A stretch of DNA of 58,445 bases, the filler included, from Asterionella formosa (taxonomy: Eukaryota), in assembly GCA_002256025.1 (NCBI GenBank). It is 4 parts of 4 records of this genome, joined end to end, with 100 filler letters (N's around TTAATTAATTAA, not from the genome) between each part and the next. Parts side by side here need not be neighbours in the genome. Positions count along the whole stretch, not along the records: positions 1 to 14,540 come from NKIB01005945.1; 3 more parts are not named here. One strand, written 5' to 3'. Of this stretch, positions 1 to 11,827 are shown piece after piece. The position numbers and the translations under genes are program-made. The notes under the pieces are model-generated. The model ran no database searches. It saw only the letters and a program-made list of their open reading frames with translations, and was not told the DNA's origin. Within the stretch, counting starts at the first letter, position 1. Each line of letters begins with the position of its first letter.

Positions 1-224
1 AAGGTAACCCCATTATGGTGGTCTAAGCAGTTCATAGACCTAAGCAGTTTTTGACTCGTAGACTACTCGTGACATACTGGTACTGGTAAAATGGTATAAC
101 AGCTGTACCAAATCAAAATAAAATCGTGACATCAAGGCACTGCTTTGTGATTCGCTGGCACTCTCACACCACACCCTGGCAAAACTGTGGCTGAAGAACC
201 CTTTGTATTATAAGCAATTCAAGA

Positions 225-1295
225 ATGGACCTTCTTACAGGATACGGATCTGATGGCAGCAGCAGCCGCAGCATCAGCGCTTCTGGAAAAGAAGCAGACG
301 AAACGGTGCGACTTCAGGAACCAATTGCCAAGTCCCCGCCAAAGAGCAAAAGAGGCAAAAAGCTAGTCTCCTTATATGCCATCCTCCCGGCGCATATATT
401 AGATAAGCTCTCAAAAGGAGACTATGATAGTAGCGACGACGACATTGACAAAGAAGCAACGAAACCAAAACGAACACCAGTACACCATGAGGATTCCGGT
501 ATTTCTTCCTTCTTGTCCGACCTGAATTCGGTACCCACTTCGAATTCAACTGGGCGAAAGAATATTTCATCCAATTTAAACAAGTCAGAACCATTGGGGT
601 GTGCGTTTTTGTCGTCAGAAACGGTCGTAACGAGTAGATCAAATGGAAATGTCGTGGTGGACATTCATAGGCCGACCACAAGTGGCAAACCTATAGTCGA
701 GACTGTCGAAGACAATAACGAAGAAGAAGTAATACTTCCGCCAAAAATATCTAGTGTTTCCGTGACGGTGCCCAATACCAGATTTTCTGCTCCTAGAGAG
801 TCTGTTCCGAGACCTTCATCAGCTCCAAGGATTGCTGCCCCGGGAATGATTGAGTATACACACCCATCGGTCTACCCCATTGTTGAAAGAAACTTTCCAC
901 AAGAACACCTATCAGACGATATCACAGAAGCAGAAGATACCTCTCAATTAGACAAGAAACGATCTCGAAAAGAAATGGAAAAGGCACTTCGGTCAGGCAA
1001 CTTTTCAAATCTATCGGGGAAGAATGTTCAAACAATGGAAAGCAATTCCAATACGTACACCGCACCTGCTAAAAATGAGGCTCCCCGTCATCACGTCAAG
1101 GTCGCCCCTGTGCGAATGTATGATACTAAGGCTGGAACAGATGTCTTGGGTGCCAACGTCTCGGGGAAAGCCAAAGGAAAGAATCAAGTCAATCATTTAA
1201 TGGCTTCTGCTGCAGCCTTGGAGCTCAAAGAATCGCAAGGGGCCTTCAAGCCAAAATCACAAAAAGCAAATGCTAAACGAAAGTATGGGTGGTAA
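225..1295 (+). CDS. PRCC-like proline-rich protein
   Basis: 356-aa single-exon ORF. N-terminus MDLLTGYGSD and C-terminus KNQVNHL...AKRKYGW match the conserved termini of the PRCC family. Confidence 0.75.
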   Translation: MDLLTGYGSDGSSSRSISASGKEADETVRLQEPIAKSPPKSKRGKKLVSLYAILPAHILDKLSKGDYDSSDDDIDKEATKPKRTPVHHEDSGISSFLSDLNSVPTSNSTGRKNISSNLNKSEPLGCAFLSSETVVTSRSNGNVVVDIHRPTTSGKPIVETVEDNNEEEVILPPKISSVSVTVPNTRFSAPRESVPRPSSAPRIAAPGMIEYTHPSVYPIVERNFPQEHLSDDITEAEDTSQLDKKRSRKEMEKALRSGNFSNLSGKNVQTMESNSNTYTAPAKNEAPRHHVKVAPVRMYDTKAGTDVLGANVSGKAKGKNQVNHLMASAAALELKESQGAFKPKSQKANAKRKYGW

Positions 1296-2498
1296 AAGGG
1301 CAAATGCATTTTGTAAATGAGAATATAAGTTTTATTCTAGTGAGAGGTGGAATTCCATGTCGATGTTGCTTTTTGTGAGATGGTAACTTTTACTTTGGTG
1401 AATGTATAGATGTCACTTTATCTTTTGCGCTCGTCCTGATGTCGTTGTAGCATGGGATGTGGAAATGATGCTACTACTATTCATGTCATCAAGGACATCA
1501 CAAGCTAGAGTTATAGAATATATGTTGGGAACTGCTGTTGGACTACTTCTTTTGTTGTGTAAAGTGTAGTCTAACAACTTTGTTTTAATATTAGAATCCT
1601 TACCAAGTCTGACTGCCAAAACTGAGAAGTGTTTGATAAAAATGATAAAGTTGAGTTGTTGAGTCGACGATGGTCTATTGTCATCCAAACGCGCAAATAT
1701 ATGGCTTAATTGCAACAAGTCGACCTAGTGGGCTAAAGGTAACGAGTATATGGCCGGCAACACGCACAGTAACTGGCAAACCCAAAGTCAAGCCTGTCGA
1801 AGTCCTCAACAAAGAGAAAAGTAGATGGTTCCTACGTTCATGGTTTCTGTTTCTCTTATCTGATGCAGTATTTCCCTCTCTTGTAAGACATCCAGTAGCA
1901 AGCACCAAGTTTTGGGCTTGGCACTGCCTCTGGAATCTTTGCATATATGCAAAAGTATCTGTTGGTCCGATCTTGTTGCTTCCCATAATAATAGAAAGCC
2001 AGATTCATGGTTATTAAGTCGAATTAGCCACCATGTCATGAATGATACTGAGGCTAAAAAACATGTCTTGAGTACAATTGTTACTGGCAAAACTAAGGGG
2101 ACAAATCAAGTCAATCGGCGACTAGCTATGATACACACCAGGCAATATCGTCCCTCGGTCGAGGCTTCTTTTGATCGCATCGAATCGCATTGAGATTCAA
2201 GCAGGCTACAATTACAACAGGTTTATTCAAGCGCTTATTGTCGAAGAAAACAAATCAAGTGACTTTCATGTATAAATAACGTGTAGTTTATTGCAAATTT
2301 TCAGCGTTAACAGTGAAAACTATTACACCGGTATTTGTGGCGTGAACCAATGATAGAATATGTAAGCGAATACACCGGTAGTCGTTCTGGAAATGGATCA
2401 AACGGTTTACATCCTTTTGCAGATACATGAGTAGCAATTATTTAACCTTCTTGCGTTGTTGCTGTTTTAACAGAATCCGTGAGCTGTGGTGTTTCCTT

Positions 2499-2894
2499 CT
2501 ATTCATCGTTCTCATCCATGACAACACTGGCGAGGTGCAGAATCAAGTGGATCTTCTGCGTGTTATAGGCTTCTTGTTCTGAAGCGCCTTGTGATAGAAG
2601 ATCTAGATAAAGGGATCCATTCCTGATCTGACTGCTGCTGGGTAATCGTAGAGCAGGGTAAGCGTCATATAGTTGTCCAAAAGATTCGCCAGTAGCGCCT
2701 TCAAAAGGAACGGAAGGCGCAGTGATCCACCCACTGACAAAAGGAGGACCACCAGTCTGCTCATTTCCGACGCGAGAGATTCTCAGCCCTGCCTGGTTAA
2801 GTCTTCCACCATTATCTGGATCTGAGTCATCATCATAGTTGCCACGACCTGAGGGAGAGCGATTGCAATTCACGTTAGTGCTGGCATTGCTCAT
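2499..2894 (-). CDS. hypothetical protein
   Basis: 131-aa ATG ORF with protein-like composition; no family recognised. Confidence 0.3.
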   Translation of the reverse strand: MSNASTNVNCNRSPSGRGNYDDDSDPDNGGRLNQAGLRISRVGNEQTGGPPFVSGWITAPSVPFEGATGESFGQLYDAYPALRLPSSSQIRNGSLYLDLLSQGASEQEAYNTQKIHLILHLASVVMDENDE

Positions 2895-3779
2895 GGTTGG
2901 GAAATTAAGTTGGCCTTTAGCTTAAAAGGAAAACGAGGAAGTGTGCTTCCCACGCACACACCTGCTCCCCAGCCCACGAGGCTGATTTTCATCAGCACAG
3001 AAATGTTCTTCGTATAGGTAGGAGTATTCAAACGGACCTGTCGTTGCCAAGACAAAAATGTCTGTTCCTTCATTGAAATAAATATTGTTCATACATATTT
3101 AAATAAATTGTGAGGAGTATGTGTGTACGTACTGTACAGTATAACAAACTGTCCAAATATTGTTACGCATGATCAATATCGAGAAAACACGTTCTATCGA
3201 TTATGTACATACTGCCCAAACGGCAGACTAACTACTACCTAGTGATGCTTGTGTAGATCGTCATGTAAGTCATCACTAATTACTTTTGCACTCCTATATA
3301 AATACCACAGCTTGTCCACCGGTACCTGGTCCTCCAACTCTAAAATGCGAAGATCCCAAACACAGCATTATCATACCGGTAGTACCAGGTACTGGTGCCT
3401 GGTAACTGGTACCCGGTACCAGAGTACTCTGTTTTCAGGACCTTTTATCAGGACTCTACTTTGTTGTTGAAATGTATTTCATTCGTACATACAAGTTCCT
3501 GTCACCATCACTAACGGTATCTACTTTTGCAATGCCGACACATACTGCTTGTTTATTCGACCCTGACAATCCGAAGATTCTACACACAGCATTAGTCCCA
3601 GGAAGGTCCGGTAATCAGCGAATTGCGCGCACTACCGGGTATATACTAAAAATTCCACGTATCGGTTTCAACCTCCTTCATTGGAAGATGAAAACCTCAA
3701 AATTATTTCAATTTATTTAGATTACCTGTAACTTTTTTAAACTTTCAAACAGAAAAGCGCTGCCACCTTTCACCGCAGA

Positions 3780-3915
3780 ATCGCTGACTACCAACTTCAA
3801 CTTGCTGACTGCAGACTTCTTGTTCTTGCTAACTGCTAACTTGATTTGCTGAAAATTTGAAATATTCACTGACTGCTGACTTCGTTTGCTGACTGCTAAC
3901 TTCAACATGCTGATG
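3780..3915. repeat. degenerate ~20-bp tandem repeat (ttgctgactgctaacttcaac-like)
   Basis: Repeated gctgact/gctaact cores at ~20-bp spacing. The core is the reverse complement of the agtcagcaa core at 35740-35850 and 36670-36745. Confidence 0.55.
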
Positions 3916-4838
3916 TCAAACAAGCTACTTTGTACATAGGAAGAGACCGACTCGTGTCTACTTTTCATATTAGAATAACAATGGAAACACATCATCTTTT
4001 TTTTGTTGGGATACTAAAAGCGATGCCTTCTAGTACGTTCATACTATGCTATTGGGAGTAACATACTAGATGTACCTGGTACCTGGTACTCCGTATATGA
4101 TAATAAGCTGTGAAATCGATATTGATGCCTAAAAAATTCATTGCTATCTAGCGGTACTTCGTGATATTGCTACCACCATGTACCAGTACTATCGTAAAAA
4201 ATGCTGACTTCAACTTGCTAATTGGGAAAAGTCCCGGTATTCTCCAACCTTTTACTATGGTGAAATGTACGTACATAACACATATTGCAGTGCCTGCTGT
4301 AGCTGCTATACTAAAGAATTTTCCTTGGAGGCTCTTCCTTTGGAAAAGCTCTCAAAACTGTTGCCCAAAACCAAATGCAGGAGAGCTCGTCCTCCATCAC
4401 AACCCTTCCATCATTGAAGATGGATTAAACATGCTGGTCGAAGTGCTGTTTTCTATTTGCAGATGCTGGTATCATATAGACTTCTTTGTTAATATACTAT
4501 TGTTTTCCACTCAATAGTCCATTGGATCACTGTAAGCCTGCTGCAGAGCTGAAACATTCACTGAGACCACCCTTTGCTGGTGCCAACCAGGGATCAAATG
4601 GTTTTGTGAGGATCTTTGATGGTGGCAGTATTAATGAATCAACATTTCGAGACTGATCTGCTGCTTAGCCACCAAGAATCTTCGGCTGGTTTATAATCAG
4701 TTTTTTCGATTGCTGAATTGTTTGCCCTTTCTGCATCTATTGCAATCAGATTGAGCTCCTGGTTTGCTGGTTTAGTAGCACTGTTGATCTTGGATATTGT
4801 TTGCTGGTTTAACAGCACTGTTTACATTGTTTGATGCA

Positions 4839-5072
4839 TGGGAATGGCTAAGTGGTTAGCACACATGTCGCAGTGGCAGGGTTGATTCCTGCATTCTCCA
4901 CCTGTCTTTTCATGTAGTCCCTAGGGTTCCAGGGGGTGTGGCTGACGAAAAGACAGGTCCCGTTGTACCGTACAGACGAATAAAACCGGAACTAATTGTG
5001 TCCATTAATTCATTTATTTGGGCACAAGTGCGATTATTGGAAAGCTTTAACGTACTATAAGATTTGATTGAT
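4839..5072 (+). mobile_element. tRNA-derived SINE-like element, copy 1 (diverged)
   Basis: A-box-like TGGCTAAGTGG and B-box-like GGTTGATTCC. Body is colinear with 55137-55359 (gcattcNNcacctg, gtagtccctNgggttcc, gtgcgaYtaY, cgtactataa) and ends in a ttga-repeat tail. Confidence 0.7.
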
Positions 5073-5090
5073 AAATTTAAAAAAAATTAC

Positions 5091-5610
5091 ATGCTGGTTG
5101 ACTTGGGAATTCTAGTTTCTCAGGTCTACCAATTGCACAAGTACTTTCCACATGTGAAACCATTCTATACTGTCAAGTGCAATCCTGAATCTTGTGTTAT
5201 TGTCAAGACACTTGCCATGCCATCTGTCCTAGTATGTTCTTGCTTGCGGCATTCACATGATGATGTTCAATAACATTGCAGAGGTTTTCAAGTGTGCTTG
5301 CTTCTATGAGCAAGGACATCAACTTGTTGATGCAAATTGTTGTTTAAAATTGAAGCAGTAAGTGTTGTCTTACTTCCAAATTTGAGACACTGCACTTGTT
5401 CTTGCGGGATGCCAAGGAGATCAGCCTCAAAGTGTTTGGTTGCAGCTTCCAAGTGGGAAGCGGCTGTCGCAATGCTTACCGCTATGCCGCTGCCTTGTTG
5501 AAGGATTGCCATGACATTTTGACATTGCCAAAGATGACTACTATGACTTCGAATTCTCCATTTTGGATATCGGAAGACGAGGCTTTCCTGGAGATACTCA
5601 TTCCTTGTGA
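5091..5610 (+). pseudogene. ODC: ornithine decarboxylase pseudogene fragment
   Basis: Motifs in order across shifted frames: VDLG...FPHVKPFYTVKCNP (PLP lysine motif), MFNNIAEV, SKCCLTSKF, GCSFQVGSGC, SILDIGRRGFPG. Stops and frameshifts present; the FDCAS region is missing. Confidence 0.85.
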
Positions 5611-7274
5611 AACCCAGCAGAACTTGACAAGGACAACAAGATGAGGAACCCGATTGAGGCATCAATTCTGTTGTCAAGAGCAAAGCAGAATACTAAATAT
5701 CCAGTATTATATATCACCATCACCATACACACTACCAGACCAGACCAGATCAGGAGCAGAATATGCAAGCGCAGAAAACAGTTATGATAGTCTTCCCTCC
5801 TCCAAAATATGATTGGCTATGTTGACACATTATTATATCAACCTTCTGGCCAGCATACGATTCCTACACAAGAATATTCGGGATTCTCTATATCAAATCA
5901 CCATGGCAGGAGCCCCACCAAACGACGGCGTTGAGCTAGACATACATGCCATCGATGCAATGGTCGTGTCACCGCCAAATGTAAACAGCACAATCTTCAA
6001 ACAAGCAAGCAGTACAAATGGATCACCACTAGCGCAACAAGTTCACAAGTTCTGACAAAAGGCAACAAAGCAGCGCAAACAACTCCTCAGCTCAAAGGGC
6101 CGGCTTTTCAGGAAAAGATGGGCAAAACGCGAGCTGTTGCCATGGTGTATATGGCGATGATACAAAAGATGGCACTGGACACAATGCCATTACAAAAACA
6201 AGCACAGCTACAACAACTAATACTACATTACATGGCTATCAAGGCAGACCAGTCGCATCACTGGCGCCATCAACATCAGAAAAATCATCAGATCACATTC
6301 TACCTGACACTCCTGTCACCATCAAACCGAGGTCAAGGCCAGCACTCTCCATGCCAAAAATGGCCACGAAAATTGCAACACCAAATCGACACAAAAATGC
6401 AAAAAAGACCACTATCCAGTATCATTTCCAAAGGTTGGCATGGATGCCAGCCTTGTCATGATGCTGCAGGGTAACTGAATATCTGCAATTCCTTCCAAAC
6501 TTCCAAAACATTTGAAATCAGCAAGGAGCAGCTATTTTTAAACACCTATTAATTGCTCAAACAACTTTTGGCCATCAATCCATCTATACAGAAATAAAGG
6601 TTTGAAATGCGCCCGGGAGTCTCACCTGTTCTGCATTGAATTTGAGCAACTTCTTCATAGCAGACCAAACAAAAAGAAGAAATTTTTTGAGAAAGCCTAT
6701 TTTATATGAAACCTCCTCAAAGCTAGCAGCACATGGACAATCATCTATCATGAAATTTTTCGATGTGCAGGAAACACAACCAATACGAATTAGACCAACT
6801 CCGGTGTGGCTGGTATCATTAAAAACAAAGCAAACAAAGGCCACTAAAGGTTCACATGGTGATTTGGCATCCTAACGAACAAATTCACAGGGCCAGCACC
6901 AGACTATATTAGTAATCACAATGAGTGCATATTCCAAGGTAGAGTTCTGGTTGGTGCACAAATCAAGAAATCAAGAATTTTGTTTAATCTGCCATGCTTA
7001 TGAGAGTGTGCATCAAGCATTCTCCACCTTCCTTGACCTCATAAATGCCGGCAACGCCACATTTATTGGGCTGATCCCAGTTGCCTATGTTGCCAAAAAG
7101 GTCCATCTTCTCATGCCTGCCAGACGAAATAGACTGGATTTTCGTTCCAAACTCTCTTTAGTAATTTTCTTCAATGTTAAATTATCATTCATTAAATCCA
7201 AGTGGTGTTCTGATCATTGAAATTGTGTTTATTACTACTACTGGTAATGGTATTTCGTTTCTATCCCGCATCTA

Positions 7275-7430
7275 AGCCGCGAAATACGCCATTTTTCGAA
7301 ATTTGTTCTACATAGGAGTGTTAATTATGTGGTACTTTACATGAATCAGCCAGTGCTACTCTTCCTGTAAAAAAGGTTAGTTTAAAAGTTCAAGATAAAT
7401 TTTTTAGAGGATAAATCATTGCGAAAGACC
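7275..7430 (+). repeat. dispersed repeat, inverted partner of 55775-56258
   Basis: aagccgcgaaatacgcca...ctcttcctgtaaaaaag...ttaaaagttcaagataaa...tagaggataaatcattgcgaaagac matches the reverse complement of 56150-56258 plus 55775-55826. Confidence 0.8.
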
Positions 7431-8596
7431 ATGTTACTAAAAATTGTTTGATTGCAATCTGCCCTTAATTGATTGAGAAAAACGGAGCGAAATGGATCTC
7501 GAGAAATATCGCGACATGATTTGTGATGCAAGCAACAACCAACCCTAATGAGCACAAACCAGGTATGGAACGAATCATTTAATATTGAATTTGAAAGGCT
7601 AAACTAAATATCTAACCGAATTAGTGTGTTATCGACTGCAAATCTTCGGAGTGCTATCGGGCATGAATTGATGGAGAAAATCGAAGCGATGTGGTTATCG
7701 GCAACTGGGTGCATGAAGCATATCAACAATCATCCTTACCATCGATATTGTCAGCATCCAATGTGAATTCTCTTATTCTTTTACATAAACTATATTTCGT
7801 ATGAATTCTTAAGATACAAAATATATGAATAACATACCTGTATTGTGAATATGTCTAGAATGGCATCGTGATGCTGAGTGTGTTGACCTCAGCTAATGAA
7901 TAGGTAAGATACTGGTACCAGGTACCGGTATACAAGGCCTACACAGGGCTATGATACATAGTACTACCAGGTACTAGGGCTACCAGGTACCAACTACCGT
8001 ACCTTGGGTCTTTGGACGCTGAACTCAGACATACTAACAAACAGCTGTACTGTATGGTACCAGGTACAACAAGGTACTCCTAGCTGGTAGGAACCAGGTC
8101 GTCGTTACAAGTGTGAGACTGTTGGTGTGCCCTACATACCAGTATTTCCGTCTTCCCATTCTTGTTACAATAGGAATTATGCCGTTCGTACTGCGAAACT
8201 GTGCTCATTTCTACGTGCGTAATGTGGAACTGTAGGTTTGCCCTACCAGCATTCCCGTATTCCCCTTATTACAATAGAATATGGCGTTTGTCCTGTGAAT
8301 ATATTAAGAGTAACCATTGGCTGTGTCCTCTCCTTCATGTCATATTTGTTTTAGGTCACACGAGTGGCATCAGAATTTTTCGTCCCAACGAAGTAAGACT
8401 GCGCCAGAATTTTTCGTGTAGATTGTAGGTTCTGTTGGTACAAAGATGAAGTCATGGCTGCGCCAGGATTTTTGACCCTCTGAATTCATAAAGACAACAT
8501 TTAACCACCACTGTGCACTATATGTTTTCAACATGGGGACGACCCTTAAAACCAGCATCTCCCTTCTAGCTTTTCAGCGCCTCACCATTAACAAAT

Positions 8597-9015
8597 CCTT
8601 CATCAGCCAAGAACTCTTGTTGCAACAACAGAAGGTGGAATGATGCAACATTGAGATCATAAGCAATCGATGCTTTTATGGTAAGATTTATTTGCTTGCT
8701 ATTTTTGCTATTGTATCACCAAGCGAGCGATAACTCATACTGATATGCTGCTATTTTCAACATTCATTTGACATTTGAACAGGCCTTTTCAGAAAAGGAG
8801 TCCTCTTTGGAAAGCATGAGTGATAGAAGGTTAAATGATACAAAATGGAGACCCGCAATGGAGGCCTTTAAGGTAAGCTCAATCTTCAGTTTTTGTCATT
8901 GTATCAGCAAAACGAGTGATAAATCTCTCACATGAGCCTATTATTGTACTTTACATTTGTTTTACATTTTAGCCGCCCTTTCACAAGAGGAGCGTTCTTT
9001 TGAACTCATCAGTGA
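8597..9015 (+). pseudogene. tandemly duplicated exon+intron units (~190-bp period), degenerate
   Basis: Intron-like segments 8681-8782 and 8873-8972 (GTAAG...AG) share tttttgNNattgtatcaNcaa.cgagYgataa. Flanking exons are paralogous: NNRRWNDATLRS*AIDAFM, AFSEKESSLESMSDRRLNDTKWRPAMEAFK, ALSQEERSFELISE. Confidence 0.5.
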
Positions 9016-11827
9016 GTTGTGGTGCTGCCTGGCTGATGCCGGTTTGTTGTTTCAATTCAACTGCACCAAGAAACAGTTGAATACTACCACGTCTGTGTGT
9101 TGCTTTCTGCTGTTGCTAGTGCTAGTATCATATGAATTACTGACACACTTTTGTTATGAAAATCTTTGCAGGTCAATGACGAAGTCATTTCAAGGACAAG
9201 AAGGAAGCCAGTGTGTGTTGCATTCATGTTGCAACTTCGTACAATGATGGCCAGTAAGTTTAGTTTTAAGACTCCATAAAAATGAAGTTGAATATATTAT
9301 TGGCTACATAAATAGCAAATCACGGTTTAACAGCAAAATCGAGATCAACCCATAGAAACTCAGTCAAATAATAGTATCAAAATTCTCAATCAAGTGGAGA
9401 CATACATTTCACCAACAAACAGCACATGAGTTCTGGACACAAAATCCGGACAAGACAAAAAAATATCTACAAAACCTTGCACTCCAGATCTTACACCAGA
9501 GAAGTGGGAAGATCATATATCAGACACCATGTAAAACACTTTTCGAGCGTATTTCCAAAACACAAAGGATCTATTGTTACAATGAACAGTCGCAATGGAT
9601 CTCAAACATCCGTCAAACTCACAAACAGCATACAAAATCTATGTAACATTTTTTCGCATGTATTATTACTTCTCACCAATTGAAAGACTTATACTACAGC
9701 ACAGCAACGCAAAACTTGAGCACCATTTCATCCTTAATCTCATTAATGAGAGAGGAATGTAGTAACTCACTACCACAACTCCCCGCGTTTCAGCGCTGGA
9801 AGTCAACATATTTGTTGGGTGTATATCTTGAGGGCAAAGCTATTTTTCTGCCTAGACTGGTCATGCCAGGAAGCGCAACGCGGGATCCCCTAATAACCTA
9901 GAGTAGCGTCAAGGCGCTATATAAATGATGATATTAAATAGTATAAAAATACATAGTCCCATCTCAGCAGTTCAGCAAATTTACTTCCGGTTCAGCAACT
10001 GGAAGATGGTTTGCTGAAACCTGTTCAGCAGTTTAGCAGATCCAGAAAAGTTTCAGCAACTGGAAAACCATTAGACATAATCAATCAGAAAATTCTCAAT
10101 AGACAAAATAGCCATTTAGAATATGGCAATAGCATCTAAATTGAAAATGTATGTTTCCAACTGCAAAGATCATCAATACCCTTGTAATATCTAGTTTTTT
10201 ATTTAGTATAAAAACATATACTATCAAAAATTAACAACAGATTGAATCTTCATCTTTCTCTATTCTCTTGTTCTTCATCAAATCATGCAACGATTCCATT
10301 CAAAAAATTTGTATTCAATGATGAAAATTAGCTAACTCTTATAGAAAAACATTCTTTTTGTAGAATTCCGAAATGAAATGATTGAAAAATAGGACTTATT
10401 CATTCCGTAAGAATGATTGTTGATTGCATCACATATATGTTGTTGTCATCTTTCTCAGATGTTCTTCATATTGTTTCGTTTTCTCCATCAACTCATACCC
10501 AATTCAACACTAACAGTTTGAAGTCGATTATATATATATATTTATACTAACCCTAACCGTCACTAACCCAAAAAGCAAAATCTAGAAATAGGCTAGGACA
10601 AAAGACGTTGTTCTGGTGCATACCAGTATTAAAAAGTAGTATAAGAGGTGTTATCTTTGCGGCGGTTGGGTGCTGGGATGGTCAAGTGGTAAAAAAGGGT
10701 TCACCAGCACGTAGGAGATAAGGAGCAGCAGCCATGACAATGCCAAGAAAACCGTTAGCACCACCGCCACTAGTACAATGTACAGAGCGCGCGTTGGCAA
10801 AGAGTTCCTTCAAACCATGGAATTGGGTTCCATTCATAATCCCTGTTTTCTACCAGACAAGCAGTGGCAGGGTTTAATCAACAAAGTCAATGCCATGAAC
10901 CAGATGCCTTTTCAGGTATCAAGTTGAGCCAGACAATCCGAAAAAAATTCTCAATTAATCCCTGAGGGTCTTGGCCCTATGTGCTCTCATTGTCCTCAGT
11001 GTAAAAAATTATCATAGACTATGCATGCATACAGGCGCATTGTGTAAAAATTAAAAAGTTCCAAACAATACATTTTTCTTTGCATGTCCCGTTTTTCTGG
11101 AAACATATACTACCCCTTCAATAAACTTTCACAGTAGCTTTGATAGGTTTGTTTGTGTCTTTGAAAACAAGGCAGCAATTAAAGGGTAAGCAGACAAAAT
11201 TCAGCTGGCTGCCTCTTCCAGAAAAGGTTCCAATTTGTATCCTGCAGAGAAGGCAGTTTTTCATGATTGAGGGAAGTGTGTTCCTGGAAAATGCAAGCAT
11301 GATGAGCAGCTGTCAATGCAGTTGCTTAATGTTTTGGATGGAAGTAGTAGTTTGTCGATTTGAATGGCTGCAAGATTCATTATCTTCTGAACATGCGTAT
11401 AGCTTTTGTTGACAGTGAACATGTTGTATGATAATTGCCTGTCTCTTAGCTGCATTATGTTGCAGACAGAGTATAATGCCTCTATTATTTAATGCGCATA
11501 CTTTGAGTACATAACAGACTGATTGATGTGAGACAAAAATTATGATTCCCCCAAACAAAGTTGCTAGCCCTAGTACCGGTAGAGCGAACCAGGTACTTCA
11601 ACATTTATTTGATAACGTATAGGAATTCATATTTACATCAGCCATCAGTTGTGTATTCTTAATAAATACATACGGTATCATCTTTTGTAGCTTGGTCGAG
11701 GTATCGTGCATTCATTGCTGTTGCCAAGTCCATGTCGGCACCTGCCAGTGTTGTTGCTACTATTCATCGATTGTTCTTGTCACCCTCAGGCAATCTCTCG
11801 ACCAAGACCCCGAAATGATCTGAAAGC

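Noticed and set aside
4941..4960. Hammerhead ribozyme (CTGACGA core)
   Set aside because: No correctly placed GAAA/stem III, and the motif is not conserved in the second copy.
5750..6920. Possible non-LTR retrotransposon remnant
   Set aside because: A/C-rich fragmented ORFs, but no RT or endonuclease motif that I can identify.
10547..10571. CCCTAA-like telomeric repeats
   Set aside because: Only two or three degenerate units.
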